DNA of 64,000 nt. Origin: Escherichia coli. GTDB taxonomy: Bacteria; Pseudomonadota; Gammaproteobacteria; Enterobacterales; Enterobacteriaceae. A program made the position numbers and the translations under genes. Positions 30,131-41,037 of the stretch are shown piece by piece. The notes under the pieces are model-generated. The model was not told the DNA's origin. It worked only from the letters and a program-made list of their open reading frames with translations, and made no database searches. The first letter of the stretch is position 1; each line of letters opens with the position of its first letter. The stretch lies in NCBI RefSeq assembly GCF_041248615.1, contig NZ_CP158426.1; one strand, given 5' to 3'.

Positions 30131-30479
30131 GATCGCCGTAGCCAATAACTGGCTAATAAATAAGCTAAACCTGAATTTCCTTTCTGTCAAGACCACCAAA
30201 CAGACCACCTTAAGTTATACATGTCATTCTGACCTGCTCTCAGTTGATTAGTACACCCTGAAATTAGTAATGTCATTCATATGACCCTGACCCCAAACCC
30301 TGCTCCATTCAGAAACAGAATTCCGGCATGATACATACTCCCCCTGAACCGAGGTGGTACTGATGAAAAAAATCTCGATTCACCGAAGAGCATATTGTGT
30401 TTGCCTTGACGCAGAAGTTACCAGCATGACTCAACTTCAGCCGACTCAACCACTATCCCAAACCTCTAGGATCAGAAAC

Positions 30480-31712
<1,233 letters not shown>

Positions 31713-32389
31713 GTACCACTTGGTCTGGAGCTAGTGAGCAGAATGTATGACAGTGCTGTATGGCATCTATACAGAATTACGGGCAAAACGATGCCGCGAA
31801 ATGCGGATAGACAGGCTGCTTGTCAGTTATCGGAAGGCGCTTGCGAAAGTTACTGCGCCTGCAATTCCCGCTCTGTACAATCTGAAAAAGGGTAGGGCTT
31901 TGAATGTATGTGAGAATTATAACCCATCAATGCAATCTCCTGCGATTACAGCATCAAAATCAGCATCTTTGATAGCCTCAAAGCAAGCCCCTAATACGGG
32001 GCATGGCTATGGATTGATAAATGATATCAAAACGTATCAGCTAGTTTCCACGGTTAGAGAAGATGGCTATTATACTTCAGAAACGGAACAACAGCGTTCC
32101 GTTTCTGACGGACTGATTCTTCCGTAAATTCAGGTGTAAATCGTGGTGTGCCCATACGCTCCTCCTATGCTCAAACTATAGGGCAGGATCGTCTACCGGG
32201 GTGGGGTCAGTCCACCAATGACTGAGAGGTGTCTGTTAAACCCGTGGCGATTCAGACATTACTCTTCCTATGTACACTGGAGTAGATTGAATAATCATAT
32301 AATAATCAATCGGTTGAAATCATTTAGGGCTTTTGTATTAATAGTATTGAGATGGTTTGGTCATGGTTCCAGTTCATAAGGAAATAGTT

Positions 32390-33442
32390 ATGGGAATTAG
32401 TGTTCGAGTCTTGCAAGCAAATCATGGTGATTGTTTCTTAGTTAGTTATAAGAGCTCAGATAGTGTTTACAACTTGCTAATTGATGGTGGTAATAGCGCC
32501 ACATTTATGTTTGGGGCTCAAGGGCGCTACAGTGGTGAGCTTAAATGTGTACTCGATGATTTGAAAAAAGAAGGTCAGAAAATTGACTTGGTTATCTTAA
32601 CCCATATAGATGATGATCATATCGGTGGTTTGCTTAGGGCTTTTGAAACACCAGGTTATCTATGCCAAATGGCTTCTTCTATCTGGTTTAATTCTTCAAG
32701 ATTTATCACCAAACATTTTAAGGTTGATGAAATTTCAGACAATGATGTCTGTCTTCAAAGTAACTCAACGCAGACAAGTGCTAGGCAAGGGAAGAAACTG
32801 GAAAACTTACTTGATGAAATCAATTGCGAACGGCAACCCATAGTTATTGCGGGGCAGAAGTTTACAAGGGGTCCGTTCACATTCACGATCTTATCCCCTG
32901 AAGAAGATAATCTACGTAGCCTTCTTCATAAGTGGCCAGATGAGCCAGATCCGGTTACGACATCCGGTGCTTCAAGGGATTATGGAATGAAATTTGAGGA
33001 TATTTTGTCTAATGATAAATTCCAGAGTGATCAATCTGTTTATAATGGTAGCTCAATTGCTTTCATCCTTGAAGCTGATGGTAAGGCTATGCTCTTTTTG
33101 GGCGATTCACATGATGAAAATATTGTCCGTAATTTACGATCTCTTGGTTTTAATGAAGGTAACAAGCTCAAACTCGACCTCGTGAAAATTTCTCATCATG
33201 GTAGCCAGTATAATACTAGCCCTGAATTTTTGTCGCTCATAGATGCGCAAAACTTCATTATATCCACTAATGGGAGTAAGCACGGACTTCCTGATAAGAG
33301 AACTATTGCACGGATTTTATCTTCAGGAGAAGGCAAAATCGGCTTCAATTATTCGCACATTATCCAGGAGATGCTTCACGAAAATGAGGTTCCATTGTAC
33401 TCTTCTCGCCTGGTAGCATTAAATGGAGAAATTAGGCTATAA
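32390..33442 (+). CDS. MBL-fold metallo-hydrolase (first gene of candidate defence operon)
   Basis: Motifs HGDCFLV...IDGG, LVILTHIDDDHIGG and KISHHGS are typical of the metallo-beta-lactamase fold; AGGAAA RBS before ATG 32390; stop overlaps next gene. Confidence 0.7.
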   Translation: MGISVRVLQANHGDCFLVSYKSSDSVYNLLIDGGNSATFMFGAQGRYSGELKCVLDDLKKEGQKIDLVILTHIDDDHIGGLLRAFETPGYLCQMASSIWFNSSRFITKHFKVDEISDNDVCLQSNSTQTSARQGKKLENLLDEINCERQPIVIAGQKFTRGPFTFTILSPEEDNLRSLLHKWPDEPDPVTTSGASRDYGMKFEDILSNDKFQSDQSVYNGSSIAFILEADGKAMLFLGDSHDENIVRNLRSLGFNEGNKLKLDLVKISHHGSQYNTSPEFLSLIDAQNFIISTNGSKHGLPDKRTIARILSSGEGKIGFNYSHIIQEMLHENEVPLYSSRLVALNGEIRL

Positions 33443-34727
33443 AATGACCGCTTCAAATTTGATGGCTTCTAACGCAGTGATCGTGAACGAGGGCAGTGGT
33501 GTTCTTGTTAATGCGATGACTCAAGATTATTCATACGTACTCACAGCAAAACATGTGTTAGCGAAATCAGGTAGTCAAAATATCGTTACTAATCAATATG
33601 GTAACAGTCTTAGAGTGCTTGATGTATTGGTGGGTCAGGAAGAGCATTGCGACTGTGCTGTAATCAAAATTGAATATGTACCAACTGTTGCTCAGCAGTC
33701 CTTCCCTGCAATAGCATTACCCAATTCGGCTTTGCTAAAGTTTGTTGGTTTTCCGGGAACCGAGAGACTAAGCGCTACCCCGCTGAAAATCTATGATGGG
33801 CATGTAACAGATGTAAGGGAGGGGCTGATTAGCTTCACGATAGAAGGCAGTCCCTCAAAAACCGCAATCGATGGAATGTCTGGCGGTGGAATGTATTACA
33901 TAGTTAATGAACATCCCCTCCTTGTTGGTGTAGAATTTGGGATGGACAGTATTCGTCAAGATCTACAATATGGACGTATACAATGTAAAAGTTTAATTGT
34001 TTTTGAAGAGATAATTAATTTAAACAGTGCTGCTCCAATGGTTCCCGCTTATTTGGAGTGTTTTTCACGCTTAAAAGAATATATCTTCGATTTTAATGTT
34101 GTTGATAAAAATAGAGTTCTGAATCTGAAAAACGCATTAAATATTTTTGCAGATGAACTTATAGACAAAGGTATGCCACCACCATTTGAATTAATGTCCA
34201 AATACAAAACTGATTTGTTAGTAGGTCCATATCAAGTTGACGATGTTAAAAATAAAGAATTATGGGTTGCATATTTTGAATTTCTGATAATTTGCGCAAT
34301 TCTTGATAATGTAAGTATTGCCAATAGTTCTTATATAGAAAGTTTAGAGCGGCGTAGGAGAATTCTTTATACTCCGGATGGAAGTAATTGGGTCGGAAAG
34401 CTTGATGTAATCTTAAAAGTTGCTCGAAAGTTATTAGATAAAGATGGCATAGTAATTGTGGCATCTCCAGAAAATGGAGCCGAATTATTACCGGATGATT
34501 TTGAAGTCGATAGGGTTATAAGGAATATTGCGCGAATCGCTAATTCAGGTCCACTTGCTCCTATCGATCAAGTTGAAAAAGAGATGTATAAGAGTTTTGT
34601 ATTAACGCATCTTGAAGGGCTGAGAAAAAAATGTGTTATAAACAAAGAGAGAATGTATGCAGAAGTTGAAGCTGGCTTAGACCAACTTCAGACGTTTAAG
34701 GAAAGCTTTAATGAATTTATTAAATAA
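33423..34727 (+). CDS. Trypsin-like (S1-type) serine protease with C-terminal domain of unknown function (LmuA-like effector?)
   Basis: Candidate catalytic triad in order His (VLTAKHV), Asp (DCAVIKIE), Ser (DGMSGGGMYY); about 230 further residues without recognised motif; start may be 33423 or 33444; overlaps both neighbours. Confidence 0.7.
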   Translation: MEKLGYKMTASNLMASNAVIVNEGSGVLVNAMTQDYSYVLTAKHVLAKSGSQNIVTNQYGNSLRVLDVLVGQEEHCDCAVIKIEYVPTVAQQSFPAIALPNSALLKFVGFPGTERLSATPLKIYDGHVTDVREGLISFTIEGSPSKTAIDGMSGGGMYYIVNEHPLLVGVEFGMDSIRQDLQYGRIQCKSLIVFEEIINLNSAAPMVPAYLECFSRLKEYIFDFNVVDKNRVLNLKNALNIFADELIDKGMPPPFELMSKYKTDLLVGPYQVDDVKNKELWVAYFEFLIICAILDNVSIANSSYIESLERRRRILYTPDGSNWVGKLDVILKVARKLLDKDGIVIVASPENGAELLPDDFEVDRVIRNIARIANSGPLAPIDQVEKEMYKSFVLTHLEGLRKKCVINKERMYAEVEAGLDQLQTFKESFNEFIK

Positions 34728-35262
34728 AGAATTTGATTTGGAATTTCTTAAATCTAGATTTTCTGATGCAGATTTCTATTTTTTTGTTTCTAATGATGAC
34801 TCATCTTATATTTCATGCGTAGCATGCTATTGTGAGAGCGCTAATTACGTGGTTGCGAATTGGACAGCGATTCAGAATTATTTATCTGCTTACTACCAAC
34901 CGAAGGATGAATTAGCTCTTTGGAATATATATTTAGTTTTCTTTTGTTCCGAAAAATTACCGATTTGGGATAAGTACCTTATAGATAATGATAAGTATTC
35001 TGTCAGAAAATTAATTATTGACGGGTTAACTACTCTGCCAAGTATTTCCGAAACTGTAACTTTTCTGAACAATCATCTGCTAGGCGCAGACCTAGAATTA
35101 ACTGAAATAGAGGAGAAGAAGGAGATAGAGTTATCATTAATTGAGTATATAAGTGGAACTCCTTTAGATTCAAAGGTTGAGTCGAGAGATGAGCGTATGA
35201 GCAGAATTGATAAAATTATTAATCTAGTGAGTTCAAATAAAAATGAAAATAAAAAAAGTTGA
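34711..35262 (+). CDS. Small protein (183 aa) of unknown function, translationally coupled (middle component?)
   Basis: ORF overlaps upstream gene by 17 nt and downstream gene by 20 nt; AT-rich; no recognised motif. Confidence 0.5.
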   Translation: MNLLNKEFDLEFLKSRFSDADFYFFVSNDDSSYISCVACYCESANYVVANWTAIQNYLSAYYQPKDELALWNIYLVFFCSEKLPIWDKYLIDNDKYSVRKLIIDGLTTLPSISETVTFLNNHLLGADLELTEIEEKKEIELSLIEYISGTPLDSKVESRDERMSRIDKIINLVSSNKNENKKS

Positions 35263-38200
35263 AATAGAAGGCTTTCGAGCATACAGATTCAAGGAAGATG
35301 GTACTTTCGATTTTACAAATAAAGATGATACGCCATCCAATTTTGTAGCGATCTATGCACCCAATGGCTTTGGAAAAAGTTCATTCTATGATGCGGTTGA
35401 ATGGGCTATTACTCATAATTTAGATAGATTTGCGGGTGAATATAATAAAAAAAATTATGAGCAAGCTGCCAGGAGCACGAAAGAGGACGGTGTTGCACAA
35501 AAAATACTACGTAATAAAGATGTACCAGACAATATTCCTACTCGTGTAACAGTTTTCACTACTTTACCAACTCCATTCGAACAAAGTTTAGGAACAGTTC
35601 GTTCTGATTCTAGAGATATAAGAATCGGCGAGAATAAAAATAAAATCAATGGCTATTTTAGAAAAGTGGTTCTTAGTCAAGATGAAATAGACCGTTTTTT
35701 AAAAGAAGCAAAGCCGCAAGATCGTTATAAGATGTTTATGGAGAGTTTTGGAGGTGAATGGGAAAAGGCGAGACAAGAGCTAACTATACTATTGAATGAC
35801 AATAAGGCGGTTTTGTTAAATCTCGAAAAAAACAAAAATGAACTTCAGGAACAACTAGATCAGCCTGTTGATGCGTCAACATTCATACAATTTAATAAAA
35901 TAGCATCTGAACTTGTAGCAGAAGGTGAAAGTTTACCATTAGTAGATGAAACAACTATAGTTAATACACAGCATGAGCTTTTGGAAAAAATAATCACAAG
36001 AAGTCACGAAATAAATTTTTCCTTAAACAAGAAAAAAATATTGAGAGATTCGATTTCTGAGTATATTTTAAAATTTCCTGATATCAGTTTTCGTACAACC
36101 CAGATTATCGAGAAAAAGAATAGACTAGAAAAAATAAATAAAGGGATAGAAGATGTCGGTCGTTATAAGACATTTCAGTCTACTCTTGAAAAACTGACTA
36201 TCGAAAAGAAAAAGATAAGTCAGAGCTTAAATTTTATAGAAGAATTAGATGGTTTATCCCAAGAGTTTTTAAGCTTGGAATTTAACTTGGAATCAGCTCG
36301 AAAGAAACATAGAGAGATTTCATATAATTATGAAAATGAAAAAACTCTCCTTGATAATTTATTCCAAACAAGAAACCAAAATGATGCTGATTTATCTTCA
36401 ATTGACAAGCGATGCTTATCTATACGTTCTACGTTAGAAAACGCTACGGTTACTTATTCTAATATATCTAATATACAAAATAAAATTTTAAATATAGTTT
36501 CTACGCAAACAGAATTAGAGCACAAACTTAATCAAGTTAGATCCGAATACCAAAAAAACAAATCCGAATTAAACAAAGTATCAGATTTAACAATAACCGC
36601 CAAATCATTACTTTCATCAGACTTAAGTCTAATTGATTTATCTTCAGATTTATTAAAAGAACTAAACAACTTATCGCAAGAACTAAATATATTGGTCCTA
36701 CATGATCAATCAATTCATAACACACAAGAATCTCTTTCTGCACAAATGGGAGTTCACGAACGTCTAATTGCATCGGGCCTTGAGTACTTAAGTTTATGGC
36801 CGACTAATATATGTCCTTTATGTCACAAGCCGCATGACTCTGAGTCCTCTCTTAGAGAACAAGTAACAAATACTGACGTAATATCCATGCTTAGTAAAGA
36901 GAATGCAGCTAAGCTCGAGATATCCTCAAAACGGCGGTCAGAGTTAAATGGCAAGATAGAATCCATCGTACAGAAAGCCCTTGAAATTAAAATGAGTAAA
37001 CTTGAGGTATTAAGTAAAAAGGTCAATCAACAAGGAAATGAGATACATCGAGAAGAACAGCACTATACAGCTCTTTTAGCAGAAAAACAGTCTGTCCAAA
37101 ATCAGTTAAACGAGTTGCAGAAGGCTGTAGCTGGACTAACTAAAGATGAATTATTAGCTCGCTTAGATGCTGAACTTAAAGAATTAGAGGCCAAGAAAAA
37201 TGAAGTGATAAAAAACAAGCTGACCTTGACGAAAAATATTAACGTTAAAAGAACGTTGATTACAGAGTTAAGTGGGGCGATCAATTTACTTAATACGCAA
37301 ATTCATGAAATGATGTCATCATCTAACTATTTAAAAACAAAAGCTTACTCTGAAGAAAATGGCTTGTCATCGGAGTTTTTGAAAGAACATTATGATGATA
37401 AACGCCATTTTTACCTTAAAAATATAAATGGACTCAATTTTGAGATTAATAATATTACCAGCCAATTAAATGATCTTCAGAAAGCTATGATAGCCGATGA
37501 AATGTGGCTGGATTATGAAGAAATGATTTCTGAAAAAGAGAATTTCGAGGATTATATTTCTAAATCAGAAGCGGTTTTACAATCTTATTCATCATTATTA
37601 AAGCAGCATTTTGAACTACCAAAATATGAATCTTTAGTTGAATTGAAAGATTTCCTGATAAGCTCACTTGATAAAGAAACTAGGCTTTATAATGGTCTAG
37701 AGGAACGGCTTGGAAAATATAATTTATTATCAGAACTTTTGAAAACAGCAGAGTCGTTTGTAAAAAGTATTAAGTTGCAGAATGATATTAATGAAACCTT
37801 AGGTCTTATAGAAATAAGAAAAGAAGTTGATTTAGCTCTGACTAAGGAACGAAATCAAGTAATAGAGGAACTTAGAAACTTGATAAAATCTTTCTTTTAT
37901 GAGGAACTCATTAATTCTATTTATAAGAGAATAGATCCACATCCATCACTTAAGAAAGTGGTGTTTCGCCCAGATTTTGACTCATCAGATAAACCTGGTC
38001 TTAATATAGTTGTCAGTGATGAAAAAGGTGATATGGTATCTCCAATATTATTCTTTAGTGCAGCGCAATTAAATATTCTAAGCCTTAGTGTCTTTTTAGC
38101 AAGTGCTTTGCATGCAAAAGATGATAATGGAAATGTAATTGATGTGATTATGATTGATGATCCAATTCAATCAATGGATTCAATTAATATCCTATCCACA

Positions 38201-38380
38201 ATTGATCTTCTTAGAAGTATTACCGTTAGATTCAACAAACAAATAATAATATCAACACATGACGACAATTTCTTTGGCTTGCTCCAACGTAAAATCCCTT
38301 CGGAAATATTGGGTGCCAAGTTTCTTAAATTGGAGAAATTTGGGGTTGTAGTGCCTGTTGATGATTTAAATAATACATGA
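35243..38380 (+). CDS. Rad50/SbcC/SMC-like ABC ATPase with central CxxC zinc hook (LmuB-like?)
   Basis: N-terminal Walker A (VAIYAPNGFGKSSFYD), Q-loop (VLSQDEI), long coiled-coil middle with CPLC at residues 524-527 of 1045 (nt 36812..36823), C-terminal signature-like FSAAQ, Walker B VIMIDDP, D-loop SMD and H-loop ISTHD. Confidence 0.8.
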   Translation: MKIKKVEIEGFRAYRFKEDGTFDFTNKDDTPSNFVAIYAPNGFGKSSFYDAVEWAITHNLDRFAGEYNKKNYEQAARSTKEDGVAQKILRNKDVPDNIPTRVTVFTTLPTPFEQSLGTVRSDSRDIRIGENKNKINGYFRKVVLSQDEIDRFLKEAKPQDRYKMFMESFGGEWEKARQELTILLNDNKAVLLNLEKNKNELQEQLDQPVDASTFIQFNKIASELVAEGESLPLVDETTIVNTQHELLEKIITRSHEINFSLNKKKILRDSISEYILKFPDISFRTTQIIEKKNRLEKINKGIEDVGRYKTFQSTLEKLTIEKKKISQSLNFIEELDGLSQEFLSLEFNLESARKKHREISYNYENEKTLLDNLFQTRNQNDADLSSIDKRCLSIRSTLENATVTYSNISNIQNKILNIVSTQTELEHKLNQVRSEYQKNKSELNKVSDLTITAKSLLSSDLSLIDLSSDLLKELNNLSQELNILVLHDQSIHNTQESLSAQMGVHERLIASGLEYLSLWPTNICPLCHKPHDSESSLREQVTNTDVISMLSKENAAKLEISSKRRSELNGKIESIVQKALEIKMSKLEVLSKKVNQQGNEIHREEQHYTALLAEKQSVQNQLNELQKAVAGLTKDELLARLDAELKELEAKKNEVIKNKLTLTKNINVKRTLITELSGAINLLNTQIHEMMSSSNYLKTKAYSEENGLSSEFLKEHYDDKRHFYLKNINGLNFEINNITSQLNDLQKAMIADEMWLDYEEMISEKENFEDYISKSEAVLQSYSSLLKQHFELPKYESLVELKDFLISSLDKETRLYNGLEERLGKYNLLSELLKTAESFVKSIKLQNDINETLGLIEIRKEVDLALTKERNQVIEELRNLIKSFFYEELINSIYKRIDPHPSLKKVVFRPDFDSSDKPGLNIVVSDEKGDMVSPILFFSAAQLNILSLSVFLASALHAKDDNGNVIDVIMIDDPIQSMDSINILSTIDLLRSITVRFNKQIIISTHDDNFFGLLQRKIPSEILGAKFLKLEKFGVVVPVDDLNNT

Positions 38381-38406
38381 TTTATTTAGTGTGTTAACCA
38401 TAAAAT

Positions 38407-38440
38407 AAGAACTGGGCCAGTGACGACCCAGTTCTTATTT
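38407..38440 (+). terminator. Rho-independent terminator after the four-gene operon
   Basis: 10-bp perfect stem aagaactggg / cccagttctt with 10-nt loop followed by attt; 27 nt after the stop at 38380. Confidence 0.55.
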
Positions 38441-39696
38441 ATAGGGGAACCTATTTTTATCGCAATAAATTAAGAGCGAAGATATGGTGAAAATTGTTAA
38501 AATATGAATTTTTTTAATTTTTTATCTAAAGCCCCTGTTTTCATTATCGTATAAATCAATCTGGACGATTTGTTCTTCAGGTGCAAGGGTATCCGCAAAC
38601 TAGCGCAGGCTATCACCGCCTATAAGCTCCAGAATATGATCAAGTCCATGCCCTCCTGACAACCCAATCGCCTGTAATGACCATTCAGGAATGATTTGCT
38701 CTTTTGATGACTCAACCACAAATGTATCGAGCTCAGTCTTTGCTTAGAGCAGAATTTGAGCCCAAGACTTCCACTCGTATCATCGTAGGTCAGCGTTTCT
38801 CAGAAAATAACCCATGTAACCACGGCATCCGTCTCCGAATGTTATCCTAGAAACAATATTGAGGGGGGAATGTAGAATCATAACCTCTGAATTAACGTAG
38901 ATTAAATCATTCGATCTAAATCAGAGCATTCATAGTGATGGTACACTCAGCACCAGACAAAGATCTCTAGGGGTTTGTTCTAATAAACATGGCCCTCATT
39001 CCTTCTGGTGAAATTCGGAATCTGATTGCGTAGGATAATTACATCCAGGAATCGGGCTAGCATTACAGCCCCCTAAGGGTGTTGTTTGCAACGGTTCATG
39101 TTTGTCTGAGTAACTATATTCCTGAATGTGTTGCTCCGAATTTACGGATTGCCTTGCAGAAAAGGGCTGTTCTGGCGTTGTGCTTTGAAAGGCGTACACC
39201 TGAGGAGCACAGAGCCACAGGAAGGGCAGTAGGGTGCAGCGGGCGAGTACATTCATATATTCTCCAGACAGAATTCATACCAATTATATGATATGCCAGA
39301 TTGACTCAATAAAGCGTTAACGAAGAACGAAAATATAAGACCAGGTATAGAACTCGACATGCCGATAGTCGCCGGGAAATATCGTGGCCAGATTTTTTGT
39401 TAATGCTCATAGTCAGGCAACAAGGGTCGCTGCAGTAATGACTTCTGAACCTTATAACAAATTTCGGCACGACACTTTTATCATCTTTTTCATAATAAAA
39501 CCTCCGTTTTTGTTTTAATCGTCCTCCGGATGTTTCGGACATTGGATGCCCGTAACATCCGGAGGCTGCGGGTGCGGGCGGCAAAGAGCCCGTGAAGATG
39601 CCCGGAATGAATGGCAAACCCCCTCAGGAATGAAGAAAATACGCAATCAATGCTGGGGTGCTTTGTTGATCACTTTTACTGAAGTACTTTTCTATC

Positions 39697-40416
39697 TCAG
39701 AAGTAGGTTGTCCAGAAAGAGGAAACTGGCATCGCCAGTACCAATGCAGGAAGCATACTGGCTACCGGGAAGACCTTGATACCGGAAATACGCAGGCCGG
39801 TCGCCACCATTAGAACGCCACCCACAGCTGAAAAGTCGGCCTGCATGGCAGGCGTGGTCAGGGGCAATATATATATCGCGCTGTAGGCGAGTGCTAACTG
39901 AATGATAAGCTGGGGGAAAGCGACTAATGCCACGGCGTAACCCAGGGTTGTGGCAAAAATGAGGGCGGTCAGCAAATCCAGGAACGCTTTCGCGATAAGG
40001 ATACTCGAGTCCCCGGTCATGCCTTCGTGCATCGCACCAAAAATACCGGTGCCACTGGCACAAAAAAGGACGATGATCGCCACATAGTTTTGTAAAAACT
40101 GCGCCTGTGAGTCTTTGTCTCCGGGATCGCTTTTCACGACGAGCTCCACCAACCCACGGGCTTGTCCGCCCAGGTGGCTTATCCCTTTTTCCAGATAGCA
40201 GAGCTCGCCCACCAGTGTGCCGAGAAGGACCGATAGAACCATGACGGGCATATGGCTGACACTTGTCACAAGGACGATCCCCATACACAGGGAGGCAGCA
40301 CCAAAAATGAGCGGCATTGAGGTACGTAACCTTTCAGGTAGACGTGAGCTAATGATGGCTCCTGCCATCCCGCCGATCACGACGGCAGAGCCGTTGAACC
40401 ATGGGCCTGTAATCAT
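39697..40416 (-). CDS. Multi-pass inner-membrane protein (DUF554-like?), co-operonic with UbiX/UbiD-like genes
   Basis: 239-aa very hydrophobic ORF; start overlaps stop of upstream UbiX-like gene (40413..40416). Confidence 0.55.
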   Translation of the reverse strand: MITGPWFNGSAVVIGGMAGAIISSRLPERLRTSMPLIFGAASLCMGIVLVTSVSHMPVMVLSVLLGTLVGELCYLEKGISHLGGQARGLVELVVKSDPGDKDSQAQFLQNYVAIIVLFCASGTGIFGAMHEGMTGDSSILIAKAFLDLLTALIFATTLGYAVALVAFPQLIIQLALAYSAIYILPLTTPAMQADFSAVGGVLMVATGLRISGIKVFPVASMLPALVLAMPVSSFWTTYF

Positions 40417-41027
40417 AGCGATTTACTCCTGTTATTCAGGTTGGGAGTTTCACCCCAGCGCGGCAATGTGTCGCAATCAAGGTCGAGTAAACTCAGCGCC
40501 CGCGCAACACTATGAGCGAAGATGTTCTCAGTACTTGCAGGGCGTGCATACCAGGCAGGTACGGGTGGAAAAATGATGCCGCCGGTTTCGGTAACCTGAA
40601 GCATGTTACGAAGGTGCCCGGTATGCAGCGGCGTTTCCCGTACCATCAGAACCAGCCTCCGGCGCTCTTTCAGGGTCACATCGGCTGCCCGCACCAGCAA
40701 ACTGTTGGTTAAGCCCGCCGCAACAGCGGCGAGGGTGTTCATAGAGCAGGGGACAATCAACATCCCGGATGCCCTGAACGAACCGCTGGCGATGTCGGCT
40801 GCAATATCATCAAAGGGATAAATTACATCAGCCAGCTTATGAACGTCGTCTTCTGACAAAGTGGTTTCCAGACTGCGGGTCAGATGAGCGGCAGGAGAAA
40901 TCACAACGTGACTTTCCACGTTAAGTTGTCGCAGATAACGCAGGGCCTGCACTCCATATAAAAAACCGGATGCACCACTGATCCCAATGATGACGCGCTT
41001 GCGAGGAGAACATTCAGATGTCGACAT
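40413..41027 (-). CDS. UbiX/Pad1-family flavin prenyltransferase (prenyl-FMN synthase)
   Basis: 204-aa ORF with flavoprotein signature (VIIGISGASG...PCSMNTLAAVAAGLTNSLLVRAADVTLKERRRLVLMVRETPLH). Confidence 0.85.
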   Translation of the reverse strand: MSTSECSPRKRVIIGISGASGFLYGVQALRYLRQLNVESHVVISPAAHLTRSLETTLSEDDVHKLADVIYPFDDIAADIASGSFRASGMLIVPCSMNTLAAVAAGLTNSLLVRAADVTLKERRRLVLMVRETPLHTGHLRNMLQVTETGGIIFPPVPAWYARPASTENIFAHSVARALSLLDLDCDTLPRWGETPNLNNRSKSL

Positions 41028-41037
41028 TATGGCGTCC

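Noticed and set aside
35243-38380. Housekeeping SbcC
   Set aside because: Similar size and central zinc hook, but there is no adjacent SbcD/Mre11-type phosphoesterase, the signature motif is divergent (FSAAQ), the sequence does not match recalled E. coli SbcC, and the gene is AT-rich island cargo in an operon with a protease and an MBL-fold protein.
38996-39617. Small minus-strand ORFs (86 and 103 aa) between the defence operon and the decarboxylase cluster
   Set aside because: No RBS or domain support; the region looks like decayed gene fragments. The 86-aa ORF has a signal-peptide-like N-terminus but evidence is insufficient to call a gene.
39692-40288. 198-aa minus-strand ORF overlapping the membrane-protein gene in another frame
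   Set aside because: Arg/Gly-rich junk-like translation; the alternative frame encodes a coherent hydrophobic membrane protein.
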